A stretch of DNA of 64,000 bases from Spirochaetales bacterium (GCA_037142615.1 JBAXAI010000017.1:1-64000), one strand, 5' to 3'; counted from the first letter of the stretch, positions 50,748-61,230 are shown. Numbers and translations: made by a program. The notes: generated from the sequence alone by a model not told the origin.

Positions 50748-52904
50748 GTGAAACGCGTCGCCTGGCTCCGTGTATCTTCCTTGCTGGCAACGCTCCTGGG
50801 GTTCTCGCTGACGCTGTCGGCGGCCCCGGCCAGCCTGCCCGACGCTTCCGATTTTCCAGCGGTGCTGAGCCGTTTGGAAGCTCAAGGGGTCCGTGGTGAA
50901 GGTAGCCCGGCAGAAGCTCGGGTGTTCCAGGACCTCAGAAAGTGGTTCGAGAGGCGCGCCGTCGGTCTCGTTGTCACGGATTTTCAGCAGCAGCAGGACT
51001 TTCATAGTTTCTCGAAGTCTTTGTGGTTCCGGGTGGCAGGGCGCAAACCAGGCGAGCTGGTGGTGGTGGTTCCCACCGACGGACTGCCGGGGCAAAGCAA
51101 TAATGCAGGGCTCGCATGGGCCATAGCTTGGGCCGATCGGGCGCTGAACATTCCCCCGCCGGTATCGATCACCTACTTTTTCACGGGGGCCCAGCGAGGC
51201 GCCGGGACGTTGATGGCCCGGGGCACGGGCCCCTTCCTCAAGGACTTCTTTCCAGAGACCCCCGCTGCGGCGGTCGTTCTTGACCTGGACAACCTGAGCA
51301 CCCCGATCGACCTCAATACCGGGTCAGGCGCTTTTCCGTCGCCCATCTGGCTCAGCCAGGGCCTTCTCGAGGCGCTCCAGGCCGGGGGCTTCCTGCCCGA
51401 AATCCAGGGAACCCAGCCGCAGATTTTCCGCTTTGACCTGCCTGAAAAGCGCAACCTGATGCAGCCTTGGTTCGACCGCGACATTCCCGCCTTGTTGCTG
51501 ACCAACTCGGCCAGCCGGTCGTACCCGCCACCCGAAGTGGTCCAACGTGACTTTCCGCAGTCGATGACGAGGTTCCTCGATGCGCTGGCCACCGGAATCC
51601 CGGGCTATTGGGACAAGCATTACCTGTACTTTCACCTGGGGGACCTGAAGTTCTTTCTCAGCCAGCAAACCTATCTGATCGGATTGCTGGGCATTCTAGG
51701 CATCGTCCTGTTGGTGTTCCTGCTGTTTGCCACGTCGCTTCAGCGGGACCTGGGGTCGTTGCTTCGGGGCTTGTGGCAGTTGCCAGTATTCTTCTCGTTC
51801 TTGTTTCTGTTCCTCTATTCTGGAACGTGGTGGACGAGCGAACTGTTCATTGCCCGTGGTTTTCCAGACTTTTGGAAGTACAGCGCGTTGCCGGTGCTGT
51901 TGCTCAAAGTGAGCGTCGCTATCGGCTTGTATTTTGGCATCTTCCTGCAGTTCCGGCGGCTACCTTTGTCGCGTTGGCCGGGTTTCTACAGCTATGCGGC
52001 CCTGCTGGTGTTGGGTCTTGGGGTACTGGTTTCGGCGGCCATTGAGCTCTCCTTTTCGTTTTACTTCCTCTGGGCACTTGTTTTTGCCGCGCTCTTTCAC
52101 CTGGTGCCGTGGAGGCCGTTGAAGTTCGTGGCCTTTGCGCTGTCGCCGTTGTGGTTCGTGAAGTCGTTTCTGGAAATCTTCTGGTTGGCGCCGGATCCGG
52201 AGATGATTCGCATCACCCTTGTGTCGGGATTCGCGGGCAATCTGGCCCTGGCGGCAGTGCTTTTTCCGTTCCTTTTGCTGGTCAATTCGTATCACTACAC
52301 CCGCCATCAGCGGCAGGAGCGCAACGAGAAACACCGTTCACGGTTGAATCTGGGGGTGTGGGTGGCCACTTCGGCCGTGCTTTCGCTGGTGCTTCTCCGG
52401 CTTGATCCATTTGCCGGTTCAGCGGTGCCGCTCATGCGCCAGGAGACCCTGGACCTGTCGGCGGGTACACGCTACGAAGAGGCCTTTACCCCGGTGGCAT
52501 CGGGTTTGCCGGCGCGCCAGGAACTGCCGTACCTCAACGGCGTTTGGGACACTGTCGTGAGCCGTGAAGCGTTCCTGGACCGTCTGGTTTGGCGCATCCG
52601 GTTTCAGGCGTTTGAACAGCCCGAAACCGTGACGCTTTCACTGACCGGCGACAACAGCCTGCTTGTCTACGACGCCAACTTCCCCTACACCATTGACGCG
52701 ACCGGGACAAAAGTCAGCATCCTCGTGGGCCGAACCCCACCCAAGGGCTTCGATCTTTCACTCACGCTGGGCGCGAAGGTGAAAGCCGACCTCAAGGTCA
52801 GCGCCCTGTTCACCGAGCCGAGCGACCGCGAATGGCGGTTGGGACGCTGGTACGACACCACCCGGCGTATCCGGGTCAGCGATGTGAGGAGTTTGGCGCC
52901 GTGA
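50748..52904 (+). CDS. Multi-pass membrane protein with a degenerate M28 peptidase-like extracytoplasmic domain
   Basis: Signal peptide, soluble domain (ITYFFTGA, AAVVLDLD), about 8-10 transmembrane segments and a soluble C-terminus. Confidence 0.6.
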   Translation: MKRVAWLRVSSLLATLLGFSLTLSAAPASLPDASDFPAVLSRLEAQGVRGEGSPAEARVFQDLRKWFERRAVGLVVTDFQQQQDFHSFSKSLWFRVAGRKPGELVVVVPTDGLPGQSNNAGLAWAIAWADRALNIPPPVSITYFFTGAQRGAGTLMARGTGPFLKDFFPETPAAAVVLDLDNLSTPIDLNTGSGAFPSPIWLSQGLLEALQAGGFLPEIQGTQPQIFRFDLPEKRNLMQPWFDRDIPALLLTNSASRSYPPPEVVQRDFPQSMTRFLDALATGIPGYWDKHYLYFHLGDLKFFLSQQTYLIGLLGILGIVLLVFLLFATSLQRDLGSLLRGLWQLPVFFSFLFLFLYSGTWWTSELFIARGFPDFWKYSALPVLLLKVSVAIGLYFGIFLQFRRLPLSRWPGFYSYAALLVLGLGVLVSAAIELSFSFYFLWALVFAALFHLVPWRPLKFVAFALSPLWFVKSFLEIFWLAPDPEMIRITLVSGFAGNLALAAVLFPFLLLVNSYHYTRHQRQERNEKHRSRLNLGVWVATSAVLSLVLLRLDPFAGSAVPLMRQETLDLSAGTRYEEAFTPVASGLPARQELPYLNGVWDTVVSREAFLDRLVWRIRFQAFEQPETVTLSLTGDNSLLVYDANFPYTIDATGTKVSILVGRTPPKGFDLSLTLGAKVKADLKVSALFTEPSDREWRLGRWYDTTRRIRVSDVRSLAP

Positions 52905-52917
52905 ACCGGAGTCGGAG

Positions 52918-54108
52918 GTGATTTTTCACCTGGACCTCGATGCGTTCTTTGCGTCGGTGGAACAGCTCGATCACCCCGAATGGGTCGGCAAGCCGGTGAT
53001 CGTAGGTGCGTTGCCGGGCCACCGGGGCGTGGTTTCCACCTGTTCGTACGAGGCAAGGGCTTTCGGCGTTCGGTCAGCCTTGCCGATTTCGAAAGCGTTT
53101 GCCCTCTGCCCGCAGGGGGTATTTGTAGCGCCGCATTTTGGCCGCTACCAGGAACTCTCGCGGGCCGTGATGGAAATCCTGAGACAGCAGTCGCCGAGGT
53201 TCTGCCAGATGTCGATCGATGAGGCGTACCTGGACATGCGCGGGATGGAAACGCTGATCGGTCCGCTCGAGGCTCACGCGGGTGCGCTCAAGAGGCGTAT
53301 TCTCAGCGAAACTGGCCTCAAAGTGTCGGTGGGTATCGCCCCCAACTGGTACCTCGCCAAAATCGCTTCCGACTTTGGAAAACCCGACGGACTGTTTGTG
53401 ATCGAGCCCGACGACGTGGAGGCCTTTCTGGAGGCCTTGCCGCTGAAAAAACTGCACGGGGCCGGGGGCAAGACCCGTGAGCGCCTGGAAGAGGCAGGGT
53501 TCCGGAGCGTTGCAGCTTTGCGGCGGTTGAGCGCTCAAGCGCTGGAGGTGCTGTTGGGGCCTGGCGGCGGTAAGTTCGTTTGGCAGGCTTGCCGGGGCGA
53601 GGCGGACTACAACCCTTTCCGCGAGGCGCGCAGCCACTCTATCTCGGCCGAAACAACCTTTGAGGAAGACACCGCCGACGAAGAGGTGCTGCTGGCCACG
53701 TTACAGAATCTATGCCAGGAAGTAGCCTTCCGCACCGCCTCTGAGGGCCTTGAAAGCCGCACACCGCACCTCAAATTGCGGTGGACCGACTTCACCACCG
53801 TCAGCGGACAAACCACGAGGGAGGCGCCGGTTTCTTCGTCGAGCGAACTGCTTCGGGTGGTCGAAGGTCTGTTCCGTTTGCGCTGGAAAAAGGGCCGCAC
53901 GGTGCGACTGATCGGCGTCGGCCTGAGCAACGTGCTGCCGGCAGGCTCGGCGCGGCAGGAACTTCTTTTTGGCGACAGCAGCGAGGGTAACGACGCCAAG
54001 CAGGCCAAGGTGGAGAAGGCCATTGTGGAGCGGATGAAAAAAAAGCCCGGCGAACCGGGCATCACGAAAGCGAGTCTGTTGAAACCGGGCCGTGGGCCCA
54101 GGCCCTAG
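52918..54108 (+). CDS. dinB: DNA polymerase IV
   Basis: HLDLDAFFASVE, STCSYEARAFGV, SIDEAYLD and AKIASDFGKPDG. Confidence 0.95.
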   Translation: MIFHLDLDAFFASVEQLDHPEWVGKPVIVGALPGHRGVVSTCSYEARAFGVRSALPISKAFALCPQGVFVAPHFGRYQELSRAVMEILRQQSPRFCQMSIDEAYLDMRGMETLIGPLEAHAGALKRRILSETGLKVSVGIAPNWYLAKIASDFGKPDGLFVIEPDDVEAFLEALPLKKLHGAGGKTRERLEEAGFRSVAALRRLSAQALEVLLGPGGGKFVWQACRGEADYNPFREARSHSISAETTFEEDTADEEVLLATLQNLCQEVAFRTASEGLESRTPHLKLRWTDFTTVSGQTTREAPVSSSSELLRVVEGLFRLRWKKGRTVRLIGVGLSNVLPAGSARQELLFGDSSEGNDAKQAKVEKAIVERMKKKPGEPGITKASLLKPGRGPRP

Positions 54109-54126
54109 TCACAACGAACAGGGTGA

Positions 54127-54582
54127 CTAAACGGCGAGTTCTTCCTTGGTGGGATCCCAGAACTGCCGGGCCTTGCCGTCGAGGATGGCCTGCAGGGTAA
54201 GGCTGGAAAAATACCCCTGGATCTTGTCGGCAGCAGCCTTCCAGACGTCGTAGGAAAGGCACTCATCCTGCTCGGTGCAGACGGGCGTTTCTTCATTGCA
54301 CGAGGTGCAGGGAGTCAGGTCGAGCCCCTCACCGACGGCATCGAAGATATCCTTGACCGACACCTTGTCGCGAGGCTTGTCGAGGGTAAAACCGCCCCCG
54401 GGGCCGCGAACCGAAGCGATGATCCCCGCCTTCTTGAGCTTAAAGAACAGTTGCTCCAGAAACTCGGGACTGATCTTTTGGTCGCCAGCAATTTCCTTGA
54501 TGGAAATGGGCGACCCTTCGGAGTGTATTGTGAGGAACAAGATTGCCTTGAGGGCATACCGTCCTTTGGTGGTGATCCGCAT
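54127..54582 (-). CDS. Rrf2 family transcriptional regulator (IscR-like, Cys-containing)
   Basis: TTKGRYA, FLEQLF, SVRGPGGG and cysteines in PCTSC-x6-C-x5-C. Confidence 0.92.
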   Translation of the reverse strand: MRITTKGRYALKAILFLTIHSEGSPISIKEIAGDQKISPEFLEQLFFKLKKAGIIASVRGPGGGFTLDKPRDKVSVKDIFDAVGEGLDLTPCTSCNEETPVCTEQDECLSYDVWKAAADKIQGYFSSLTLQAILDGKARQFWDPTKEELAV

Positions 54583-54630
54583 AAACTGATTATGACACGG
54601 ACAGTCATCAAAAGACAAGTGAAGATTGCG

Positions 54631-55827
54631 TCAAGTTCGTTGAAAGAGCACGGCGCGCCAGCCCCGGTACTTCTCGTCGCGTTGTTTGCGAAGTCCTTTG
54701 TGGGCCTCGAGAAAACGGGCCAAATCGGTTGAGGTGCCGTTGATCAGCAGGGGTGCTCCCGCGGGCAGCAGGTCCACCAGTGCCGTGCGGGCTTCGTCGA
54801 CCCAAGGGACCTCTGGCTCGGAGTGTACCTGGAAGACGGCACCCTGAACTTCGCCCAGTCTTCCGGCAAGGAACTGGGGTCCCGCGACCGGGTGAGTCAC
54901 GGCCTCGGGCAACTGGCAGGCGGTGGCCCGGAGCGCCAGCACATCGTTGCCGGCCAGGTGCAGGGTTCCCCCCGGTGCCAAGGCCGAGGCCAGCAAGGTG
55001 GCGACGTGGCCCTGGACGGGTTCCCAAACAAGCAGTGAGGCGCGCTTCCAGATCGGCAGTGCCAGAAGGGCCTCACTGACCTTCCAGCGGTAGTCGAGGG
55101 CATCGAAGTTAGGAAGGCCGAAGTAGGTGTTCTGCGAGAAGGTTTTCGTCCCGACGGCGAAGGTCATGGTTCCTCTCAAGTAGGCCGCAGGGAACGGGGT
55201 TGCGGCTCCCTGGGGAACTTTTTTCGAGGGCCAGACGGCTGGACGCCGGTAATGGAACACCCGGTAGGCAGGGCTCTCTTCAACGTAAACCACCTGAGCC
55301 CCGCAGTCGCCCAACACCTCGACGGCCCACGCAGCCAGGGTCGACACCAGGACGATCGCGACCAGCCCGCCGGGTGAGATCTGCTGCAAGGAGCGGCAAA
55401 AGAAGTCACGAAGGACGCGTTCACCGGCCTTGGCGGGCAGATTCGACACGATGAGGTCCCAACCGCCGCCGGGAACCGGGGTTTCGAGCAGCAAACCTGG
55501 CATTACCGCAACAGCGACGTTGTTGAGGCGGGCGTTTTCGGCGGTGAAGGCAACGGCAAGAACCAAACGGTCGGTCGCGGTGACCGCGAGGCCCGGTCGG
55601 TGGTGGGCCATGGCGACCGCCAAAGGGCCCACGCCGCAACCCGCATCCAGAGCGTTTCCCTGCACGGGGATGGCCTCCTGTTGGGCCAGCGTCTTGAGCA
55701 GAAGCATGGTGCCGTCGTCGATTCGGTTCGACGAGAACAACGCGTGGCTGAGGTGAAACCGCATTTCGGTGCCCGAGAACTTCATGTTGACCGTGCGGGT
55801 CACAGCCCGCTCGGGAAAGGCGCTCAT
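54631..55827 (-). CDS. Class I SAM-dependent methyltransferase (RsmC-like, two-domain)
   Basis: FSSNRIDDGTMLLL, LDAGCGVG and IVSNLP; ATGA overlap with the M48 gene. Confidence 0.82.
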   Translation of the reverse strand: MSAFPERAVTRTVNMKFSGTEMRFHLSHALFSSNRIDDGTMLLLKTLAQQEAIPVQGNALDAGCGVGPLAVAMAHHRPGLAVTATDRLVLAVAFTAENARLNNVAVAVMPGLLLETPVPGGGWDLIVSNLPAKAGERVLRDFFCRSLQQISPGGLVAIVLVSTLAAWAVEVLGDCGAQVVYVEESPAYRVFHYRRPAVWPSKKVPQGAATPFPAAYLRGTMTFAVGTKTFSQNTYFGLPNFDALDYRWKVSEALLALPIWKRASLLVWEPVQGHVATLLASALAPGGTLHLAGNDVLALRATACQLPEAVTHPVAGPQFLAGRLGEVQGAVFQVHSEPEVPWVDEARTALVDLLPAGAPLLINGTSTDLARFLEAHKGLRKQRDEKYRGWRAVLFQRT

Positions 55828-56798
55828 GGGCGGAAGAGGTTGCCCAAGAAGCGCTCGGCTTCGGTCACGGCCTTGCCAAGCATCTGATTTCCCGCGTCGG
55901 CAGACCGGTTCAGGTCGGCCTTCCAGTCGTCGAAGGCCTCTTTGGCGTCGGTGGCGGGGTTGGGCGCTGCCTCGCCCTCGCGGGGGTAGGTTCCAGCCAG
56001 AATGGCGGCGTACGCTGGGTCGCGCGACCACCGTTCCAGTTCGGCCACCCTGGGCACCAGCAGAGGATGGCTGAGCTCGAGCACATTGAGCACCTTGTAC
56101 AGGCTGTCGAGCAGGTCGGGCGCGGCGTCGTAGTCGGCGGCCTGCTTGAGCACTTCGGCTTCGTCGAGAAGACTCTCCTGGCCCGGATAGGCGATCCGCA
56201 GGAGCGCCCGTCGCGCAGCTTCCGGGTTCTGGCACACCAGAGCACCGGCGCGATCGCAAGAGAGCTCACTCTTGCGCTCCCAGTCCTTGAGCGCGGCCAC
56301 CAAAGGCAGGCGGACCCACTGCGAGGCCTGCGCCAGCGACAGCGACACGTTGGTGAGCAGCCACAGCACCGTGCGGTACACCATGTGTCCGGCCTTGATG
56401 TGGGCCAGTTCATGGCCGAGCACGGCCAGCAACTCGTCTTCGGTCAGTTCGCGGTAGAGTCCCGAGCTGACCACCAAGAACGGCTGGTCAAACCCGACGG
56501 CCATGGCATTAAGGCCCAGCCCCGGAGCCACGAAAACTTCGGGAACGGGGCTGACGTCGAGCACACGGCAGGCTTCGGCGACGGCAGCGTGAAGCTGGGG
56601 AAACTGCAACGGGGTAGCCCGGAGCGATGATCCCAGCCAGTGCAAACGCAGGGCGCGGTCGGTGGTGAGGCCGCCCATGTTGGACAGGAACTCGGGAAGA
56701 CCTGGAATGCCCCGGAGCAGCGAGAAGGCAGCTTTGTCGGCGGGATGTTCCCAGGCGCGGGGGGCGATGGCTTCGAGACGGACGCGTTGAGTGCTCAT
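55824..56798 (-). CDS. M48 family zinc metallopeptidase
   Basis: WEHPAD, NAMAVG, GHELAH, ELSCDRAG and SHP. Confidence 0.92.
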   Translation of the reverse strand: MSTQRVRLEAIAPRAWEHPADKAAFSLLRGIPGLPEFLSNMGGLTTDRALRLHWLGSSLRATPLQFPQLHAAVAEACRVLDVSPVPEVFVAPGLGLNAMAVGFDQPFLVVSSGLYRELTEDELLAVLGHELAHIKAGHMVYRTVLWLLTNVSLSLAQASQWVRLPLVAALKDWERKSELSCDRAGALVCQNPEAARRALLRIAYPGQESLLDEAEVLKQAADYDAAPDLLDSLYKVLNVLELSHPLLVPRVAELERWSRDPAYAAILAGTYPREGEAAPNPATDAKEAFDDWKADLNRSADAGNQMLGKAVTEAERFLGNLFRP

Positions 56799-56862
56799 GA
56801 GGCTAGGGTACCCCTAATGCTGCGGGTTGGCAATTCCCTTCGCCTGCCGTTAGGATAGCACC

Positions 56863-58020
56863 ATGAAAACGTGGAACAGCCCTTGGGGCGATTTCGAGCT
56901 GGCGCGGGAACCCTACGACCGGGACCCGGCCCTTCAAGCCTGGAGCGCCGCCGATGCGCTTCTTGCCCGACACGCCCTCGAAACCCCAGAAAAAAAAGAC
57001 ACACCGTACGTGGTGTTCAACGACGCCTTCGGTGCCCTGACGGTGGTGCTGCGCAGTCAAGGTCGCTACGTCATCCAGGTTTCCGACTCAGCACTCAGCC
57101 AGCGTTGCACCTTGGTCAACCTTGACGCCAACAACCTCGACAACGCGCCCCTGCAACTGCTCGACAGCTTGACGGTGCCGGTCCTGAAGCCGGAGTCTCC
57201 GCCACCAGTGGTGCTGCTCCGCCTGCCCAAGACGCTGGCGCTTCTGGAGTATCAATTGCATCAGGTGCGGCAGTTTGCTCCGCTGGGAACCGTCGTCGCG
57301 GCCTCGGCGATGGCGAAAGATATCCACACCAGCACGCTCGAAACCTTCGAAGCGTTGTTGGGGCCCACCACGTCGAGCCTGGCCGAATCGAAGGCCCGGC
57401 TCATCCTGAGCACGCTGACCGACCAAGCGGTGGCGAAGAATCCCTACCCGACCCAATGGCACTTGCCGTCGTTGCACCTTCACCTGGTCAACCATGCGGC
57501 GGTCTTTTCGCGCGAAGGGCTCGACGAAGGGACCCGCCTGTTGCTGCAGCACTTTCCGAAGATTGGTCCCGAGATCAGGACCCTCGTCGACCTCGGCTGC
57601 GGCAACGGCATCTTGGGCTTGGTCGCGGCCCAACGCTCGGGGCGGATCGAGATCTTCTGTGTGGACGAGAGTTTCATGGCCACTTGCTCGGCCCGCGACA
57701 GTTTTCGGGCCAGCGAGATGGGAGGCAGGGCGCAGTTTTTGACCGGCGACGGTCTGGAAGACTTTGAAGCCCAGTCGGTTGACCTCATTTTGTGCAATCC
57801 GCCGTTCCACTTTCAAAACGCGCAGTCGCTCGAGGCGGCCTACAGCATGTTCGACGACGCCAAACGGGTGCTGCGACCGGGTGGTGAACTGTGGGTGGTG
57901 GCGAACAGGCATTTGGGGCACCACAAGGCGCTGGCTGAGCGCTTCCCGCAGGTACGCACCGCGGCGCTCACCGACAAGTTTATTGTTTTGCGGGCGGTGA
58001 TGGCGATATCACCAGAGTGA
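56863..58020 (+). CDS. rlmG: 23S rRNA m2G1835 methyltransferase RlmG-like
   Basis: LQAWSAAD, NDAFGAL, LPKTLALLEYQL, VFSREGLDEG, DLGCGNG, CNPPFH and VANRHL. Confidence 0.85.
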   Translation: MKTWNSPWGDFELAREPYDRDPALQAWSAADALLARHALETPEKKDTPYVVFNDAFGALTVVLRSQGRYVIQVSDSALSQRCTLVNLDANNLDNAPLQLLDSLTVPVLKPESPPPVVLLRLPKTLALLEYQLHQVRQFAPLGTVVAASAMAKDIHTSTLETFEALLGPTTSSLAESKARLILSTLTDQAVAKNPYPTQWHLPSLHLHLVNHAAVFSREGLDEGTRLLLQHFPKIGPEIRTLVDLGCGNGILGLVAAQRSGRIEIFCVDESFMATCSARDSFRASEMGGRAQFLTGDGLEDFEAQSVDLILCNPPFHFQNAQSLEAAYSMFDDAKRVLRPGGELWVVANRHLGHHKALAERFPQVRTAALTDKFIVLRAVMAISPE

Positions 58021-59086
58021 CGGTGTCGGTCGGTTCCAGGCCAGAAAGAACGACGGGTCCCGCCTCGGTGAGCAGTTGAGGAGCCTTGCCTTCGGACCTC
58101 AACACGAGCGACCACCCGGCCTCGCCCGAGGCGACAAAGGTCTGCAAACCGGTCGGATTTTTGGGCGCGGCGAGGTAAACCGCACCATCGGGTTGCCAGA
58201 CCCAAGGCAAACGGTCGCCAGTCGCCCGCTCGGACCAAGTACCAGCCGCCAAGAAGGCACCGGGGGCGAGCTCGACCCCGGCCGCGAGCGCCAGCCGCGA
58301 GGCGAACACCCCGCCCGAGCGGGGCTCGGGGGGTCCGGGGGGAGCCAGCCACTGGCCAGCCAGAGGCAACCCCCGCCACACCAGAAACTGCGCCGGCAGA
58401 CCTTCGGCGGCGCCCCAGCCCGCAGCAACCCAGCCCGGGGCCCCGATGTCGGGGTTCCAGAGCACCGCCGACAGCCGACCCGGGACAGGGCCGAGCACGG
58501 TTTCGTCGGCCGTTTCGACCAAAGGGAAGCCGTCGCCCGAACGCCCGGCCAGCGCGAGTTCACCCTCGGGACCAACGGCCACCGCAGCGTAGGTTCGGCC
58601 GTCGTCCCAAGCTTTGGACTGCGTTTTTTGCCCCGCCGACCAGAGTTCCCAGCGGGGGTGCGACGTGGTAGCGCCGTACACCAGCGCCAGCGCGTCGCCC
58701 TGGCGAAACAGCAAGTCGGGCCGTACCACCGAAAAGTCCTCGCGCTGCAGGCTCCGGTTCTTGATCGGAACTGACTCGCCTTCCTTGGCGGCCAGGCCCA
58801 GCTGAACCTCGAGCGTGAACGCCCGGACACGCTCTTCGCTCCCGAAGCCTTCGACCGAATAGCCCCACAGGTGCCATACCGGGTCTTTGTCGCCGCTCAG
58901 CTCGCCGCCGACCAAAATATCGTGACTCCAAGGGTCCGAGACCACGATTTTGGTGCCGTCTTTCCAGAGAAAAAGATGACCGGCACCGTCGGTGCCCGCC
59001 AGGTCGGGCAAAAGGGCCTTTTTGTCGGCCGCAGCCAGGGGGATCAGCGAGGTGGCCAAGAGCAGAAAGACGAGGGAGCGGCTCAC
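57980..59086 (-). CDS. Hypothetical exported protein
   Basis: Signal peptide VSRSLVFLLLATSLIPLAAA; GTGA overlap with suhB. Confidence 0.6.
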   Translation of the reverse strand: MSRSLVFLLLATSLIPLAAADKKALLPDLAGTDGAGHLFLWKDGTKIVVSDPWSHDILVGGELSGDKDPVWHLWGYSVEGFGSEERVRAFTLEVQLGLAAKEGESVPIKNRSLQREDFSVVRPDLLFRQGDALALVYGATTSHPRWELWSAGQKTQSKAWDDGRTYAAVAVGPEGELALAGRSGDGFPLVETADETVLGPVPGRLSAVLWNPDIGAPGWVAAGWGAAEGLPAQFLVWRGLPLAGQWLAPPGPPEPRSGGVFASRLALAAGVELAPGAFLAAGTWSERATGDRLPWVWQPDGAVYLAAPKNPTGLQTFVASGEAGWSLVLRSEGKAPQLLTEAGPVVLSGLEPTDTVTLVISPSPPAKQ

Positions 59087-59898
59087 CCCAGGTGCTCCCG
59101 CTGGTAGTCGCCCCAAGCGGGCAAAAGCGCCAGCATTTGGGGGTGCAGGGCCCGAGTACCGCAGACCAACGCCGTCTTGCGCAGGGGCAGGGGTTGGCCA
59201 AGCGCGTCGCTGGTGAGGGCCCCGGCCGTGCGGGCGATGTACTCACCGGCCGCGAAGTCCCACGCGTTGAGGCCGATCTCGAAGTAGCCGTCGATGCGGC
59301 CGGCGGCCAGGTAGCACAGATCGAGCGCCGCTGAGCCGAAACGGCGGATGCCCATGATGCCCTGGTCGTAGAACGACGAAATCGCGTTGAGCGTCAGGTC
59401 GATGTTCTTGCCCCGGTCGTAGTAGAAGCCGGTCACCAGCAAGGCCTCGGGGAACGTGGCCACCTGCGACGCCCGGATGGGGCTGTCGTTCAAAAAGGCG
59501 CCCTGCCCTTCCACGGCCCAAAACGTTTCGTCGACGACAGGGTTGCTCACTAAACCGAATACCGGCGCACCGTGGTGGTACACCGCGATCGAGCAGCTGA
59601 AGTAGGGAATGCCGCGCGAGTAGTTGGTGGTGCCGTCGATGGGATCGACCACCCACAGCCACTCGCTGTTGCGGCCGGCGTTGCCGGATTCCTCACCCAG
59701 AAAGTTGTGACCGGGAAACGCGTCGAGCACGGTGCTCGCAATCACCCGTTCGCTCTCTTCATCGGCCTCGGTGACCAGGTCGTTGGTGCGCCCTTTGTTG
59801 CGCACCTTGGTGCCTTCGCGCAGGCCCCGGAGCTGGACCTCACGGGCGGCGGCGGCGGCTTTCTTGGCAACATCGGCGATTTCGTTTAAGCTGGGCAT
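59083..59898 (-). CDS. suhB: Inositol monophosphatase family protein (SuhB)
   Basis: DLVTEAD, GEE, WVVDPIDGTTN, RRFGSAALDLC and WDFAAG. Confidence 0.92.
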   Translation of the reverse strand: MPSLNEIADVAKKAAAAAREVQLRGLREGTKVRNKGRTNDLVTEADEESERVIASTVLDAFPGHNFLGEESGNAGRNSEWLWVVDPIDGTTNYSRGIPYFSCSIAVYHHGAPVFGLVSNPVVDETFWAVEGQGAFLNDSPIRASQVATFPEALLVTGFYYDRGKNIDLTLNAISSFYDQGIMGIRRFGSAALDLCYLAAGRIDGYFEIGLNAWDFAAGEYIARTAGALTSDALGQPLPLRKTALVCGTRALHPQMLALLPAWGDYQREHLG

Positions 59899-59946
59899 GT
59901 TCTGAGTCTAGCGTATTTTGCTGCGCTTCGAGGAGTCCCCCGCCCC

Positions 59947-61221
59947 ATGGCCAAAGTTCCCGCCCGTCTGTTTCACCTCCCCCTACTGTCGCTGGTGGGA
60001 ACGCCTTGGCTCCACGATTCCGAAGACAAGAATTACTGGGTCAGCTTTACCTGGGAAGGGACCCCGTTCCCGCTGACCGAACTGGGCGTGCTCGAAACCG
60101 GACGAACCTTCCACGTCAAGAACATGATAACCAACGCCGAGGGCAAGGCGAAGTTCCAGTTCAAGGGCATTCCTGAAAAGGCCCTCACCGCCGGCTTGAA
60201 GCTCTACGACGCCAGCTGGCCGATTCGCCACGAACGCAAGGCGTACCTCATCCCGCTGGGCGCCCAGAACCAGGCGCTGAACGCCGTCAAGGGCGTGCTC
60301 CAGGGCCGCCTGCTGGGCGAAGAAGGTGTCGAGGTCGACCTGCACAAACTCGACGCCGGCAGCGACAAGTTCCTGCTGGCCGTCACCGCGCGGCGGTTGC
60401 TGCCTTGTCTGGTGGGCCAGGTATACACCGTGGTTCCGGCCACCGGTGCCGCGTTCGACGCCGCCCTGCTCACCTGCGGCACTCTGGAACCGCGCGACCT
60501 GGCCGACTTTGTGAAGAAAGCCTTCCGGTTCCCGGGCCTGCCAACGGTGAACGCGCTGTACTCGATCAACCTGCGGGTGCACGGCTGGGTGGTGCTTCCG
60601 CCGTCGATGAAAGACGAGGAGTTCGAGGAGTCTGAGGGCGCCGGCGCCGTGCGCATCATGACCAAGGCTCTGGCCCACTTCACGAAGAAGGCCCGCAACG
60701 CGGCCGCGCAACCCGGGGGCATTGCCACGGCCGCGTTGACCGAGAAGATGGCCCTTCCACCGGCCGTGTTCCACTTTTTGAGCGAGTTCCTCGTGGGACG
60801 TGGCGACCTCAAGGTGGTTGACGGCTACTACCTGCCCACCGCCGACCCGCTCACCTACCTGAGCCCCATCGCAAAGAAGGCGCTTCAGCAGCTCGACGAC
60901 GCGGGAGCCGCCGGTCTGGACGCAGCCAACGAGCCCAACGCCCTGTTTAAGCGCACCTACGGCGAGTTGGCCCGCATGGGGCTTGCCATCCAGACCGAGA
61001 CCCCGTGGCTGTACAGCCTGACGGGTTGGGCGCAGCTCGCCGGGCAGCTCTGCGGGCCGGGAACCCTAGGCAAGACCTGGCAGATCGCCGACGTCAAGGA
61101 CCTGCTGGGCATTACCCGCAAACCCATCCTCGGCCTGCTGAACAAGCTCGAGGAACAGGGCTATTTGGAACGCAAGGAAGACCACCGGTTGGTGGTGAAG
61201 GAACTCCAGCCCGCCCCATAG
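59947..61221 (+). CDS. Hypothetical protein with a SelB-type C-terminal winged-helix domain
   Basis: C-terminal IADVKDLLGITRKPILGLLNKLEEQGYLERKEDHR resembles SelB WH4; GAGGAG RBS; no GTPase motifs. Confidence 0.65.
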   Translation: MAKVPARLFHLPLLSLVGTPWLHDSEDKNYWVSFTWEGTPFPLTELGVLETGRTFHVKNMITNAEGKAKFQFKGIPEKALTAGLKLYDASWPIRHERKAYLIPLGAQNQALNAVKGVLQGRLLGEEGVEVDLHKLDAGSDKFLLAVTARRLLPCLVGQVYTVVPATGAAFDAALLTCGTLEPRDLADFVKKAFRFPGLPTVNALYSINLRVHGWVVLPPSMKDEEFEESEGAGAVRIMTKALAHFTKKARNAAAQPGGIATAALTEKMALPPAVFHFLSEFLVGRGDLKVVDGYYLPTADPLTYLSPIAKKALQQLDDAGAAGLDAANEPNALFKRTYGELARMGLAIQTETPWLYSLTGWAQLAGQLCGPGTLGKTWQIADVKDLLGITRKPILGLLNKLEEQGYLERKEDHRLVVKELQPAP

Positions 61222-61230
61222 GAGAACGTG

